NCBI GenBank assembly: GCA_051362555.1
Contig: JBPQGU010000016.1
Span: 3,100,001-3,164,000, forward strand
Reading direction: 5' to 3'
DNA length: 64,000 nucleotides
Source of the DNA: Lingula anatina
Lineage: Eukaryota; Animalia; Brachiopoda
Shown in pieces: positions 29,400-42,944 of the stretch; within the stretch, counting starts at the first letter, position 1, and each line of letters begins with the position of its first letter. The notes under the pieces were generated by a model. It made no database searches, was not told the DNA's origin, and worked only from the letters and a program-made list of their open reading frames with translations. Position numbers and translations under genes: made by a program.

Positions 29400-29708
29400 A
29401 TGTACATTTCAAGAAATGAAATTCAAAAATTAGCATTAAAATCAAAAATTAAATTAAATAAAAAACAAATTGATTTATTAAAAATAGAATTTGAAAATAT
29501 TATTTTTAAACGTTTAAAAATAATTGATGAATTTAATTTAAAAAAATTGAAACCACTAAGATATCCAAACTTAAAAAATACTACTGGATTACGTGATGAT
29601 AGTCTAGTAAATAAAGATATAGTAAAAAAAAACGAGAATTTATTAAATAATAATAGAATTAAAAAAAATAAATTAAATTTATATTTAATTTCAGGTAAAA
29701 AAAAATAA
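29400..29708 (+). CDS. gatC: Glu-tRNA(Gln) amidotransferase subunit C
   Basis: IQKLALKSKI, GLRDD; upstream of gatA. Confidence 0.8.
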   Translation: MYISRNEIQKLALKSKIKLNKKQIDLLKIEFENIIFKRLKIIDEFNLKKLKPLRYPNLKNTTGLRDDSLVNKDIVKKNENLLNNNRIKKNKLNLYLISGKKK

Positions 29709-29709
29709 A

Positions 29710-31179
29710 ATGAAAATTAAAGAATTTATTAAAAAATATAAAAATAATATTAAAGGATTAATTAATTATTATAAAAAATTAGAAAAATTATTAAATGATA
29801 ATAAAAATTTAAATTTTTATACTAATTTAAGATTTGCAAAAATTTATAAATTATTAAATGATAAAGAATTTATAAAAAAATATAAAGATAAAGAATTATT
29901 TGGTATTCCATTTTTTATAAAAGATAATTTTTGGATTAGTGATATTGGATATAAAACAGAAGCAGGTTCAAAAATTTTAAAAGATTTTGAACCAAGAACA
30001 AATTCTTATGTTGTTCAAATTTTAAAAGATAATGGTGCATTATTTGCTGGAACAACTAGGATGGATGAATTAGCATTGGGCGGAACAGGTATAGAAAATG
30101 AAAAACCTGTAATTAATCCAATTGATCCAAAAAGAATGGTTGGTGGTTCTTCATCTGGTGCAGCAGTTTTACAATATTTAACATATATTAATAATTTTTG
30201 TTCTTTTTCATTAGGTAGTGATACTGGTGATTCTGTTAGAGTTCCAGCTGCATATTTAGGTTTGATTGGTTTTAAACCAACATATGGTTTAATTTCAAGA
30301 CGAGGTTTGATACCATATGCTCCATCTTTAGATACAGTTGGAATTTTAGGTATTAATGTAGAAGATTTATTTTTAATATCTAAAATAATTTTTAAAGAAG
30401 ATAAATTTGATTTAACATCACAAATACCACCAAAATTTGAATCATTAGATTTAAAATTGAAAAATAATTTAAAAATTGGTTTTTTTAATTCAAAAGAATT
30501 AGTTGATGAAAATATGTATAAATATTTTAATGAATTTATTAATTTTTTTAAAAAAACTAAAAATTATAATATTGAAGAAATTTCAATAGAAAACAAGATA
30601 ATAAAATCTTTATCTTTAATTTATCAAATGGTAAGTTATCCAGAAGCAATTAGTAGTCAAGCAAATTTAACTGGTATTCATTTTGGTTCTATATCAAATG
30701 ATAAATTAAATTTTAAAAAATCATTTGATGAACAAGTTATTGAAAATAGAACAAATTGTTTTAAAGATGAAATAAAAAGAAGATATACTTTAGGTTCTTT
30801 TTATTTAAAGTTTGATAAAAATAATGAAAATTATTATTTAAAAGCACAAAAAATTAGAAGATATATAAATGATTTTTTTGAAAAAAAATTTAAAGAATAT
30901 GATTTTATAATTACACCTGCAACATTTGGAATATCACCAAAAATTGAAGATATTAAAAAATTTAAAAATAATCCAAATAAATTTAAAATAACAATTAATG
31001 ATTTGTTACTTATATCTAATTTTTTAGGAAGTCCATCAATAGTAATTCCATTTTTTGAAAATAAAAAAGAAAAATATTCTTTAAATATTATGTCAAAAGT
31101 AAGAAATGATTATAAACTTTTAAAATTTGCAACAATTATTGAAAAAATGAAGAAAGTGTTAAATAAAAATGAAACTTAA
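29710..31179 (+). CDS. gatA: Glu-tRNA(Gln) amidotransferase subunit A
   Basis: IKDN, GGSSSG, LGSDTGDSVRVPA, GFKPTYG. Confidence 0.96.
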   Translation: MKIKEFIKKYKNNIKGLINYYKKLEKLLNDNKNLNFYTNLRFAKIYKLLNDKEFIKKYKDKELFGIPFFIKDNFWISDIGYKTEAGSKILKDFEPRTNSYVVQILKDNGALFAGTTRMDELALGGTGIENEKPVINPIDPKRMVGGSSSGAAVLQYLTYINNFCSFSLGSDTGDSVRVPAAYLGLIGFKPTYGLISRRGLIPYAPSLDTVGILGINVEDLFLISKIIFKEDKFDLTSQIPPKFESLDLKLKNNLKIGFFNSKELVDENMYKYFNEFINFFKKTKNYNIEEISIENKIIKSLSLIYQMVSYPEAISSQANLTGIHFGSISNDKLNFKKSFDEQVIENRTNCFKDEIKRRYTLGSFYLKFDKNNENYYLKAQKIRRYINDFFEKKFKEYDFIITPATFGISPKIEDIKKFKNNPNKFKITINDLLLISNFLGSPSIVIPFFENKKEKYSLNIMSKVRNDYKLLKFATIIEKMKKVLNKNET

Positions 31180-32572
31180 AATTGGTTTAGAATTACATAT
31201 ACAACTTGATGTTAAAACAAAATTATTTTCAATTACAAAAAATAATATTTTTGATGATTTTAATAAAAATATAAATTCTGTTGATATTGGAACACCAGGT
31301 TCAATGCCAACATTAAATAAAAAAGCTGTTGAATTAGCAGTAAGATTAGGATTTTTATTAAATTCAAAAATTAGTAAAAAATTATATTTTGATAGAAAAA
31401 ATTATTTTTATCATGATTTGCCAAAAGGTTTTCAAATTACACAACATTATCAACCAATTGGAATCGGTGGTAGTTTTGAATTTTTAAAAAATGACAATAA
31501 TTTTAAAACTATAAATATTGATTCAATAATTTTAGAAGAAGACACTGCAAATTCTAAATTTGATAATAATAATTTATATGTTGATTATAATAGATCAGGT
31601 ATTGCATTAATAGAACTTGTTACAAAACCAGATTTTAATTCTGCTTTAGAAGTAAAGCTTTTTTTAGAATCTATTATTAATATGTTAAAAAAATCTAAAA
31701 TTAGTAAAGCAAAATTTGCAGATGGTAATATTAGAGTAGATGTTAATGTTTCAGTTTTTGAAAATGATTTAAAAAAAACAAATAGAGTTGAAATTAAAAA
31801 TTTAAATAAATTAGAAAATATTGTTGAATCTATAAAATTAGAATATGAAATTCAAAAAGAATATTTAAGAAAAAAAATTTTTAATATTTCAATTACAAAA
31901 AAATATGATGAAAATTTAAAAAATATAATTAAAACAAGAAAAAAAATGACTGAAGAAGATTATTCATTTATTCCTGAAACAAATATTTTACCAATTGAAA
32001 TTTCTAAAAAAATAATTGAAGATACACAAAATTTTATTAAAAAAAATAAATTTATTTTAGAAAAAAATTTTATAAAAGAATTTAATTTAAATTTTGAAAC
32101 AAATAAATTTTTATTTAAAAATGAATGTTTATTCAATTTATTTATAGACATTTTTCCAAAAAAATATAAAGATAAAGAAAAAATTATTAATTTGTTTAAA
32201 AATATTTCATTTTTATTAGACAAAAATAAATGTTTAAGTTCTGAAAAAGTTTTAGATATTTTAAATAATGATTTAAATAATAAAGAAACTATTGAAATAG
32301 TAAAAAAAATTATTTTAAATAAAAATTTTAATATTAAAAATTATATAGAAGAAAAGAAAGAATTTGAAAATTTATATTCTGAAAAACAAATTGAAAATTT
32401 TTGTAAATATTTATTAGAAATAGATGATAATTTGATTTTAAAATATAAAAATAATCCAAAAAGTACTAAAAAATATATTATTGGAAAAATAATGAAATGA
32501 AGTAACAGAAAAATAAATCCAATTAATACTTTAAAAATTATTGAAAATTATTTTGAAAAATTAATTAAATAA
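31169..32572 (+). CDS. gatB: Glu-tRNA(Gln) amidotransferase subunit B
   Basis: IGLELH, FDRKNYFYHDLPKGFQITQ, LEED, RVDVNVS, VEIKNLN. Confidence 0.97.
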
Positions 32573-33211
32573 TTTTCTTGCTTTTTCTATATTTTCATTG
32601 TGTATTAAAAAAGTTATAGTATCATTTTGTTTAAGAATATGATTTTTATTTGGAATGATTATTTTTCCATTTCTTTCAATGAATAAAATATTTAATTTAT
32701 ATGTTTTTCTTAAATCATATTTTTCTAATGTTTTTGTTCAATCATTTTTATTTTTTAATTTTAAGATAGTATAATTTTTATTTGTTGTAATTTCTTGATA
32801 TTCATCAATTAATTCTGTATATAGAATTCTACTTAATATTTTATATGGTCTAATTATGTTTTTGACACCCATTGAATTTAAAATTTTTTCATGTGCATCA
32901 TCAATAGTTTGAACATATAAATTTTTATATCCCATTTCTAATAAATTTTGACATGTTAAAATTGAAGATTTAAAATGTTGTCCAAGTGAAATAAAAATAA
33001 TATCATTTTCTTCAATATTTAATTCACTAATTTGAGATTTATCTTCTGTATTTGAAACATAAAGAGCACATTCTGTATTTTTAAATATTTTTAATTTTTC
33101 TTCTTCTTTGTCAACAATAAATGGATTATATTCATTTTCAATTAGTTTTTTTACTAATTCTAAACCAAATAAACCTAAACCAATAATTCAAATTTTTTTG
33201 TTTGTTTTCAT
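32561..33211 (-). CDS. ktrA: Ktr/Trk potassium uptake regulatory RCK subunit
   Basis: IIGLGLFG Rossmann motif, HEKILNSMGV..IIRP, C-terminal RCK_C (ILFIERNGKIIIP). Confidence 0.85.
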
Positions 33212-33254
33212 AATTATATTTATAATATTAACATTATAATTTAAAAAAATACAA

Positions 33255-34802
33255 ATGAATAAAAATTTAAAATACAAAAATATTATTTTAGAAAAGACAA
33301 AAAAAATTTGAAATGATATTTATAAAAACTTACCATTTACAAATAGAAAAACAATTTTAAGAGTTTTATTTTCATATTTTATTTTAATTTTTGTATTTAC
33401 AATTTTAATAATGTCTCCAATTTCTTGGAATAAATATGAACATTCATGAAATTTTTTAGATTCTCTTTTTATTACAACATCAGCTTTTACAACAACTGGT
33501 TTAAGTGTTAGAAACATTGGTGTTGATATGACTATTTTTGGTCAAGTTTTTGTTTTTTTATTAATTATTTTTGGTGGTTTGGGTCTTTTATTTTTTAAAC
33601 TTATGTTGTATAAAATTTTATTTTTTTTATTTAAAATGAATACTAATACAAAAGTTTATGATGAACAATTATTTGAAAGAGGATATTTTTATTTTACAAA
33701 AACAAAACGAATGATGATTGTTTCATTTGGTGTTTTATTTTTAATTCAAATAATTGGATTTTTTTTATTCTTTTTTTATTTTTATTTAGTTCCTATTAAA
33801 ACTTTTGATAGTTTTAATGGTAAATCATATACTGAATTTAAAATGTATAATAATTTTGGAAAAAGTGTTTGAAATGCTGCATTTTATTCAATATCTTCAA
33901 CAAATAATGCTGGTTTTGATTTATTACCATGTGATGGTTCATTACAAATGTTTGCAAATGAACATTATATACAAATTGTTTTTATATTTTTATTTATATT
34001 TGGAGGTATTGGATTTCCTGTATTTCTTGAGATGTGAGAATCAATTATTAGATTTAAAAAAAAATATATTAATAAAGAAAAAGTAATAAATCCAAATACA
34101 TTTTTAGTTAAATTTTTATTGTTTTCATATTTTATAGTTTTAATAATTAGTTTTTTTTCAATTTTTCTTTCAGAATCTTTTAATCCAAATTCAAAAAAAA
34201 CTGGTGGTGGTTTTTTTATGACTATTTTATTTAATACATTATCTACAAGATCAGCTGGTTTTTCTACTGTTGATATAGGTTTAGAGTTTAATTTTGTATC
34301 TAAATTTTTATTTTCTTTATTTATGTGAATAGGTTGTAGCCCATTATCTACTGGTGGTGGTATTAAAACAACTGCATTTATAATTTTAATTTTTTCAATT
34401 TTTTCAACAAGAGATCAAAAAAACAATTTGATTATTAAAAGAAGATCAATTTCTTCAATTGTTGTAAACAATTCATTTAAAATATTTTTTCTTTCTTCAT
34501 TTTTTATTTTTGCTTCAATGATTATTATTTCTGTTTCTTTAAGCAATGATTTAATTCATCCAATAAATAATAAAGATGGAACAATTTATTTTTCTGATAT
34601 CTTTTTTTATACAACATCTGCATTTGGAAATGTTGGATTAAATACATTTAATATAATAGATAAAAAGAATTGAATAGGTTTTAAATTAATTAGTGTATTT
34701 TTAATGATTATTGGACAAATTGGATTGATTAATTTTGTTCAGTATAAAGTTAAAAGAATAAGTAAAAATATTGTTTATTTTCCTGTTGACATACCATTAT
34801 AA
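33255..34802 (+). CDS. ktrB: Ktr/TrkH potassium uptake membrane subunit
   Basis: Four pore loops SAFTTTGL, NNAGF, TRSAGF, SAFGNVGL; STGGGIK. Confidence 0.92.
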
Positions 34803-34851
34803 AAATGATTTAATAAAAATCATATAAACAAATAAAAAAAGGATCAATTTT

Positions 34852-35670
34852 TTGCAAAAATTAAATAATATAAAAATACTAGTATTAGATTTGGATGGTA
34901 CTGTTGTAAATAGTGTATTTGAAACTATTTCAAAAAAAGTACAAAAATCAATAATTGAAGTTCAAAAAAGAAATATTAAAGTAATACTTAATACTGGAAG
35001 AGCTATAAAAGATACATTATGAATTGTAAAATATTTAGAACTTGAAAAATATAATGGTTTAGTTATTGGTTTGAATGGATCTGTTTTATTTGATACAAAA
35101 ACTAAAAAAATTGAAATTATAAAAGAATTATCAAGAAAACAAAAAGAAGCTTTATTATCTGCAAGTAAAATAAATAGAATATCTCTTGTTTTTTTTGCAA
35201 ATAATTTAGAATGTAAAGGTTTTTTTTATAAAAGAACATTTTTAATATTTTTATTTTCATTATTTAGAAAATCATTTAGATTTAATAAAATTTCAGAGAT
35301 AGAAATTTTAAATAAAAAATTTAGTAGTGGTCTTATTATAGGAACAAATGAAGTTTTAAAAGATTTTGTAGAATTTACAGCAAAAAAATCTGAATCAATA
35401 TTTTTTTCAAGCGGAATGAAAAATACAATACAATTTTCATTAACTGATAAAAAAGAAGGATTAAATTTAATTTTAAAAAAAATGAAAATAGAAAAAAATG
35501 ACACTATGATTATTGGTGATAATTTAAATGATTTACCATTATTTATTGATTTTAAATATACAATTGCTATGGGAAATGCAGTTGATGAAATAAAAAATAA
35601 ATCTTTTTATATTACAAAAACAAATATAAAAGATGGTGTTGCATTTGCAATTGAAAAATTCTTATTATAA
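34852..35670 (+). CDS. Cof-type HAD-IIB hydrolase
   Basis: DLDGT, NTGR, NGS, GDNLND, AMGNA; TTG start after AAGGA. Confidence 0.9.
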
Positions 35671-35674
35671 AAAT

Positions 35675-36400
35675 TTATTTTTTACTTATTTTTAATAATG
35701 TTTCTAAACCAAGTAATCAACAATTTTTTGTATTTTTAATTCTTTCTTGAAATGTTGTTTCTTTTATTTCATTGTTTTTTGGAAATAAATTATCACTTAC
35801 CATTAATATACTTGCTGCTTTTTTATTAAATTTTTTTGCAATTAATCATATAATAAATGATTCCATATCAACAGAACTTAAGTTTTCTTCTTTTGCTATT
35901 TTTTTCATTATGTCAAAATTTTGATAAAAAACATCTGTTGTATGTATATTTGTATTTTTAATTTTAATATTTAACTCTTTAGATGTTTTATTAATTAAAT
36001 CAAATAATTCTTTATTTGGTTCTATTTTATTGTTTTTATAATTCATTTCTTTTCCTATATTACTTTCAGTAAATGTTTTTATTGGATTTAAAATATCAAA
36101 AATATGAATTTTATTATTATATGAACCAGCAGTTCCAATTCTTATTATTACTTCAACATCATAATCTTTAATTAATTCTGTTGTATATATTGCAGCAGAT
36201 GGCATTCCCATTCCATGAGTTGCAAAACTAACAAACATATTTTTATAGTAACCTGAATAAATTAATGCATAACGATTATTTGAAACAATTTCAATATTAT
36301 TTAAAAAATATTGAGCTGCTCATTTAATTCTTTCTGGATTACCAGCAATTAATAAATATTTTGAAATTTTATTTTTTTTTGCATTTAAATGTCTTGACAT
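35675..36400 (-). CDS. deoD: Purine nucleoside phosphorylase
   Basis: HLNA, AGNPER, HGMGMPS, IRIGTAG, TDVFY, VDMES. Confidence 0.93.
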
Positions 36401-36503
36401 ATTTTATATTATTTTAAACTATAATAAAATTATAATAATAAAAAAAGTATTAATAAATTATTTTTTTTAATTTTAAAAATAAAGAGGGAGTAAATAAAAT
36501 AAT

Positions 36504-36692
36504 ATGATGACATTTAATGAAATTTTAGGAAAATTTGTAGATTGACACACAATGGATAATTTATTTCAATTAATTACAATTTATTCATTAATTTTTATAA
36601 TAATTTTAACTTTTATTACTACAGTTGTTGTTATTGTTACAATTGGTAAGATAAAAATTCAAAATAAAAATAAAATTATAGATAAAGAATAA
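36504..36692 (+). CDS. Small single-TM hypothetical protein (62 aa)
   Basis: GAGGGAG upstream; MMTFNEILGKFVDWHTMDNLF + hydrophobic helix + basic tail. Confidence 0.55.
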
Positions 36693-36865
36693 TAAATTAT
36701 TTAATATTTATAGACTATAATTTTTATATTTTTAAAAATAAAATTATTATTAAATGATTTTTGATTTATAATTATATATACACGATTTAGAAAAGTGTAA
36801 ATTTGATTTCTTTTTTAATTTTTAAGAAATTTTAATAAGAAATTAAGAGTATGTTAAAATTTGAT

Positions 36866-38490
36866 TTTTGAAAACTAAACATAACAAAAACATATAATAC
36901 GGTGTTTTTAGTTTAATTTTTTTTGAGAGTTTAATCCTGGCTCAGGATTAACGCTGGCGGCATGCCTAATACATGCAAGTCGAACGAAACAGTTTACTGT
37001 TTAGTGGCGAACGGGTGAGTAATACATATTTAATCTACCCTTAAGTTGGGGATAATTACTGGAAACGGTGACTAATACCGAATATGTTATTAGAACATAA
37101 GTTTTAATAATGAAAGGAACGTTTGTTTCGCTTTTGGATGAGAATGTGTTGTATTAGATAGTTGGTAGGATAAAAGCCTACCAAGTCATTGATACATAGT
37201 CGGACTGAGAGGTTGATCGACCACACTGGGATTGAGATACGGCCCAGACTCCTACGGGAGGCAGCAGTAAGGAATTTTTCACAATGGGGGAAACCCTGAT
37301 GAAGCAATGCCGCGTGATTGAAGAAGGTTTTAGGATTGTAAAGATCTGTGGTAAAGGAAAAAAGTTTAAGTAGAGAAAAATACTTAAATTTGATGTTACT
37401 TTACTAGAAAGTCATGACTAACTACGTGCCAGCAGTCGCGGTAATACGTAGGTGGCAAGCGTTATCCGGATTCATTGGGTGTATAGTATGCGTAGACGGA
37501 ATTATAAGTCAAAAATTTAATAATAAGGCTCAACCTTATACCATTTTTGATACTATTTTTCTTGAGGATAGAAGATGTTGATAGAATTTCATGTGTAGCG
37601 GTGAAATGCGTGGAGATATGAAAGAATACCAAAGGCGAAGGCAATTAACATGTCTATTCCTGACGTTGAGGCATGAGAGCATGGGTAGCAAATAGGATTA
37701 GATACCCTAGTAGTCCATAGCTGTAAACGATGAGTGCTAGATGTTTCATTAGAAGTATCGAAGTTAACACGTTAAGCACTCCACCTGGGGAGTACGTACG
37801 CAAGTATAAAACTCAAAGGAATTGACGGGAACCCGCACAAGCAGTGGAACATGTGGTTTAATTCGAAGAAACGCGAAGAACCTTACCAAGACTTGAAATT
37901 TTTCGCAATGTTATAGAAATATAACGGAGGTTAACGATCAACAGATGGTGCATGGCTGTCGTCAGTTCGTGTTGTGAAATGTAAGGTTAAGTCCTCTAAC
38001 GAACGCAACCCTTGTCGTTAGTTGCTAACATTAAGTTGAGTACTTTAACGAGACTGCCGGTGTAAACCGGAGGAAGGTGAGGATGACGTCAAGTCCTTAT
38101 GCCTCTTACGTCTTGGGCTACACACGTGTTACAATGGCTGATACAAAGAGTCGCAAATGTGCAAATATGAGCAAATCTTCAAAGTCAGTCTCAGTTCGGA
38201 TCGAAGTCTGCAACTCGACTTCGTGAAGTCGGAATTGCTAGTAATCGCAAATCAGCAACGTTGCGGTGAATACGTTCTCGGGTTTTGTACACACCGCCCG
38301 TCAAACCACGAAAGTTGGTAGTACTGGAAGGTGATATCCTAACCGAAAGGGAGGAATCAACCAAGGTAAGATCGATGATTGGGGTTAAGTCGTAACATGG
38401 TATCCTTACGGGAATGTGAGGATGGACAACTCCTTTCTTATTTAAAAGAAAGTTTTTTAATATAATATTTAGTTATGTTTAGTTTTGAAA
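36866..38490 (+). other. Complementary rRNA processing stems flanking 16S (and 38555-38577/41530-41549 flanking 23S)
   Basis: AAAACTAAACATAAC (leader) pairs with GTTATGTTTAGTTTT (spacer); AAATTTAAGTAGATAACA pairs with TGTTATCTATTTAAATTT. Confidence 0.75.
36919..38438 (+). rRNA. rrs: 16S rRNA
   Basis: AGAGTTTAATCCTGGCTCAG, CCTACGGGAGGCAGCAG, ATTAGATACCC, GTACACACCGCCCGTCA, 3' CTCCTTTCT. Confidence 0.99.
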
Positions 38491-38608
38491 GAACAATTTT
38501 TAATTTTTTTACATTAGCCAGTAAAAAAATGTTTTTTCTATAGTAAAAATTGATTTTTGAAATTTAAGTAGATAACAAATTTCTTTTTAAGTTGCATAAA
38601 AACATCGT

Positions 38609-39104
38609 AAAAAAGTTACGAAGTGCATATAATGGATGCCTTGGCATTGAAAGACGAAGAAAGACGTGAATACCTGCGATAAGCTTCGGTTAGGTGGTAA
38701 AAAACCTTTGATCCGGAGATGTCTGAATGAGGAAACTCACCACCATTAGAGTGGTATCCTATATCTTTTTTAGATAAGGAAGTTAAACCTGGTGAACTGA
38801 AACATCTTATTAACCAGAGGAAAAGAAAACAAAGTTGATTCCCTAAGTAGCGGCGAGCGAAACGGGAACAGGCCAAACCAATTTTTTAAATTGGGGTTGA
38901 AGGAGTAGTAATAAAAAACAGTTATAAATTTATTTGATAGAAAAAGTTTTTGGAAAGAAACACCCTAGAAAGTGATAGTCTTGTATTCGAAATTAAATAA
39001 ACTGAAAGCTACCACCTGAGTACGACGAGGCACGTGTAATCTTGTCGGAATCTGCGGAAAAGACTCCGTAAGCCTAAATACTATTCAATGACCGATAGTG
39101 AACC

Positions 39105-39135
<31 letters not shown>

Positions 39136-40544
39136 GAGAGGGGAGTGAAATAGTCTCTTGAAATTATATGCATACAAGAAGTCAGAGCACCAATATGGTG
39201 TGATGGCGTGCCTTTTGCAGCATGATCCTGCGAGTTATTTTCTTAAGCAAAGTTAAACTGAAGAAGTGGAGCTGTAGCGAAAGCGAGTGTTAATAGCGCG
39301 TTTAGTTTAAGGAATTAGACCCGAAACCGTGTGAGCTTACCATGGTCAGGTCGAAGTAACAGTAACATGTTATGGAGGACCGAACCAGTGTCCGTTTTAA
39401 AGGGCTTGGATGAACTGTGGTAAGTGGTGAAATGCTAATCGAACACGGAAATAGCTGGTTCTCTTCGAAATATTTTTAGGAATAGCGTCGAGTGTACTTT
39501 GATGGCGGTAGAGCGCTGAATATGTTGGAGGGCCCTCCCAAGGTTTACTTCACGTAATTAAACTTCGAATTCCATCAAATAAATTACTCGGCAGTCAGTC
39601 AGTGGGTGATAAGTCCATTGGCAAGAGGGAAACAACCCTGATCATCAGTTAAGGTCCCAAAATCAATACTAAGTGGAAAAAGTTGTGGAGATACTCAGAC
39701 AACTGGGATGTTGGCTTAGAAGCAGCCACTCATTTAAAGAGTGCGTAATAGCTCACCAGTCAAGTGTATCTGCGTTGAAGATATAACGGGGCTAAGTATT
39801 GTACCGAAACTATGAACTTGTTTTATAACAAGTGGTAGAAGAGCGTTCTAACAACATTGAAGATTAATTGTAAAATTGGTTGGAGTGGTTAGAAGTGAGA
39901 ATGCAGGAGTAAGTAACGATTGAAGGTGAGAATCCTTCACACCGAATGATTAAGGTTTCTTAGGCCAGGTTCGTCCTCCTAAGGTTAGTCGGGTCCTAAC
40001 ACGAGGTCTAAAGACGTAGTGGATGGATAATCGGTTGATATTCCGATACTTTTAGTATCAGTGATGGAGTGACGAAAGAGGTTAGGATATGCCAGCTGTT
40101 GGTTATGCTGGTCTAAGCATGTAAGGTATGGAATAGGTAAATCCGTTCCAATAATACCCAAATGTTAAAGATAGTGAAATGCTTTTGCAAATTAACGAAG
40201 TATCTGACACCATATTTCCAAGAAAAGCTTCTAATGTTAATGATATTAAAACCCGTACCGACAACGAACACACGTGATCAAAAAGAGAATTTTAAGGTGA
40301 GCGAGACAACTACATTTAAGGAACTCGGCAAAATTACCCTGTAAGTTCGCAAGATAGGGTACTCCATTTTTGGAGTCGCAGAGAATCAATCCAGGCAACT
40401 GTTTAACAAAAACACAAATCCCTGCAAAGCAGAAATGCAAAGTATAGGGGTTGATACCTGCCCAGTGTTAGAAGGTTAAGGAAGATTGTGATTTTATTTA
40501 TAAAATTGCGGTTGACCGAAGCCCTAATGAACGGCGGCTGTAAA

Positions 40545-40577
<33 letters not shown>

Positions 40578-40863
40578 AGATAAGTCCTGACCTGCACGAA
40601 AGGTACAATGATCTGGATGCTGTCTCAAATGTAGACTCGGTGAAATCTTATTACTCGTGACGATGCGAGTTTTCCGCAGCTAGACGAAAAGACCCCGTGG
40701 AGCTTTACTATAACTTGATATTGAGTTTTAGTTTAATTTGTACAGAATAAGTAGGAGTCTATGATCTGATGATGCCAGTTGTCAGTGAGACGATAGTGAA
40801 ATACTACTCTTGTTAAATTGAAACTCTAACCTTTAGATAACAATCAAAGGGACAGTGTCAGGT

Positions 40864-40895
<32 letters not shown>

Positions 40896-41049
40896 ATGTA
40901 ACGGAGGTGCTCAATGGTACTTTCAATATGGTCAGAAATCATATGTAGAGTGTAAAGATACAAAAGTGCTTGACTGTAAGACTAACAAGTTGAACAGGTA
41001 CGAAAGTAGGACTTAGTGATCCGGCAATGCATTGTCTTTTGCTTGTCGC

Positions 41050-41082
<33 letters not shown>

Positions 41083-41512
41083 TTCATCTTCTCCAAGAGT
41101 TCACATCGACGAGAAGGTTTGATACCTCGATGTCGGCTTGCCGTATCCTGGAGCTGAAGCAGGTTCCAAGGGTTGGGCTGTTCGCCCATTAAAACGGGAC
41201 GTTAGCTGGGTTCAAGACGTCGTGAGACAGTCTGGTCCCTATCTGCTGTGGACGTGGGAAATTTGATAGGAGGTCTTTCTAGTACGAGAGGAGCGAAGGG
41301 CTTATACCTCTGGTGTTCCAGTTGTTCTGCCAAGAGCATCGCTGGGTAGCTATGTATAAATCGGATAAGTGCTGAAAGCATCTAAGCACGAAGTCGGCCT
41401 AAAGATTAGATTTCCATATGAGACAACTTATAGACTATGAGTTTGATAGGCTAGAGGTGTAAGTACAGTGATGTATTTAGCTGACTAGTACTAATTGTCC
41501 ACAATTTTTTTA
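38609..41512 (+). rRNA. rrl: 23S rRNA
   Basis: GGATGCCTTGGC, GAACTGAAACATCT, PTC GGATAACAGG/GAGCTG, sarcin-ricin AGTACGAGAGGA; ends approximate. Confidence 0.99.
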
Positions 41513-41592
41513 TTATTTTTTATGTAATGTTATCTATTTAAATTTGAACATTGATTTTTACAGAATTAAAACTTAATTTAATTTTATAATTC

Positions 41593-41700
41593 ACTGGTGT
41601 TGATAGCAAGTTGGTTCCACCTCTTTCCATTCCGAACAGAGAAGTTAAACAATTTAACGGTGAAGATACTGATTTATCGGGAAAATAACAAGATGCCAGT
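41593..41700 (+). rRNA. rrf: 5S rRNA
   Basis: CCATTCCGAAC..GAAGTTAA core; terminal ACTGG/CCAGT helix. Confidence 0.95.
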
Positions 41701-41978
41701 GAATTTTAAGATTGAATTAAGTTTTTTTGTTTAAATAAAAAATTTAATAATAATTTAAAAAAATAATTATTTAAATTTTTAATAGAATATTTAATTTTTT
41801 AAATTATTATTTTTAAAAAAATAATAAAAAATAATAATTTTTAAAAAAATAAATTTAATGTTAATTATATTAATTAATATATAAAATAATTAAAAAAAAT
41901 ATTTTTTAATTTGTGATTTTATTGTTAATTAAAAAAAATATTTTTATATTCTAAAAAAAATCTTTAAAATTTTTTTAT

Positions 41979-42944
41979 ATGACATTAAATATATTATTTC
42001 AAAATAACAATAAATTGATAAAAAAATATTATTTTATAGATTTATCAATACTTTTAACACAATTAGAAGAACAAATATTAACATTTGTTTATCAACCAAT
42101 TTTAGGTTTAAATACAATATCTTTATACAGATTTTTTATTATTCAAAAAAATTTTTCTAAAAAAAATAAAAAAATGTTAAAAACTGATATTTTTAAGTTT
42201 TGTAAATTAAATCAATTAGAATTTGAAGAAAGTTTAGAATGTTTAATAAAATATGATTTATTGATAATTCAAAATTTTGATTTTGAAACTTCAGAAATAA
42301 TATTGAAAAAACCTAAATTTATTAATGAATTATTTAAAGATAATGAATTTTATAAAAAATTAATGAAAAATATTTCTAAAAAATCTTTTGAAAACATATA
42401 TATTAAATTATCAAAAAATTATAATCAAAAAGATGAAAATTTAAATAATGAACAAAAAACAAATTTTAAATTAAAAATTAAAGAAATTAAAAATATAGAA
42501 ATACAAAATAATAAAGAAATTGAAATTAATACAGATTTTTTAAAAGAATTGAATTACAATTTTAAAATAAAGGAATTAAATTTATATAAAAAATTAATTT
42601 TAAATTACAATATACCTAAAAATTGTTTAGAAATTATAATTGATTATGTATTATTTAGAAATTGTGGAAAAAGAATAGAAGTAAATTATATAATTAAATT
42701 AGTTGAAGATCTTAATAATAGATGCATTTTATTTAATAAAGAAAAAATAATAAATCATTTTGTTGAAATATATGAAAATTTATCAGTAAATCATTATTTA
42801 ATTCAAAATCACAAAACACCAAATTGATTAAAAGAAAATTCATTTAATAAAAAAATTTCAATTAATTTATCAAAAAGTGAAAAAAATGATAATAATATTA
42901 ATAATAAAATAAAAAACTTAGTGAAAGAGATATTATATGTTTAA
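41979..42944 (+). CDS. dnaB: Firmicutes-type replication initiation/helicase loader DnaB
   Basis: VYQPILG..ISLY winged-helix motif, IIIDYV...NYI DnaB_2 domain, TPNWL; overlaps dnaI start. Confidence 0.75.

Noticed and set aside
29400-32572. Co-occurrence of asnS and gatCAB as an anomaly
   Set aside because: Normal in Mollicutes: GatCAB is needed for Gln-tRNA formation
38439-38608. tRNA in the 16S-23S spacer
   Set aside because: No cloverleaf or T-loop motif; only processing stems
37104-40597. ORFs listed within the rRNA operon
   Set aside because: Chance frames in GC-richer rRNA sequence
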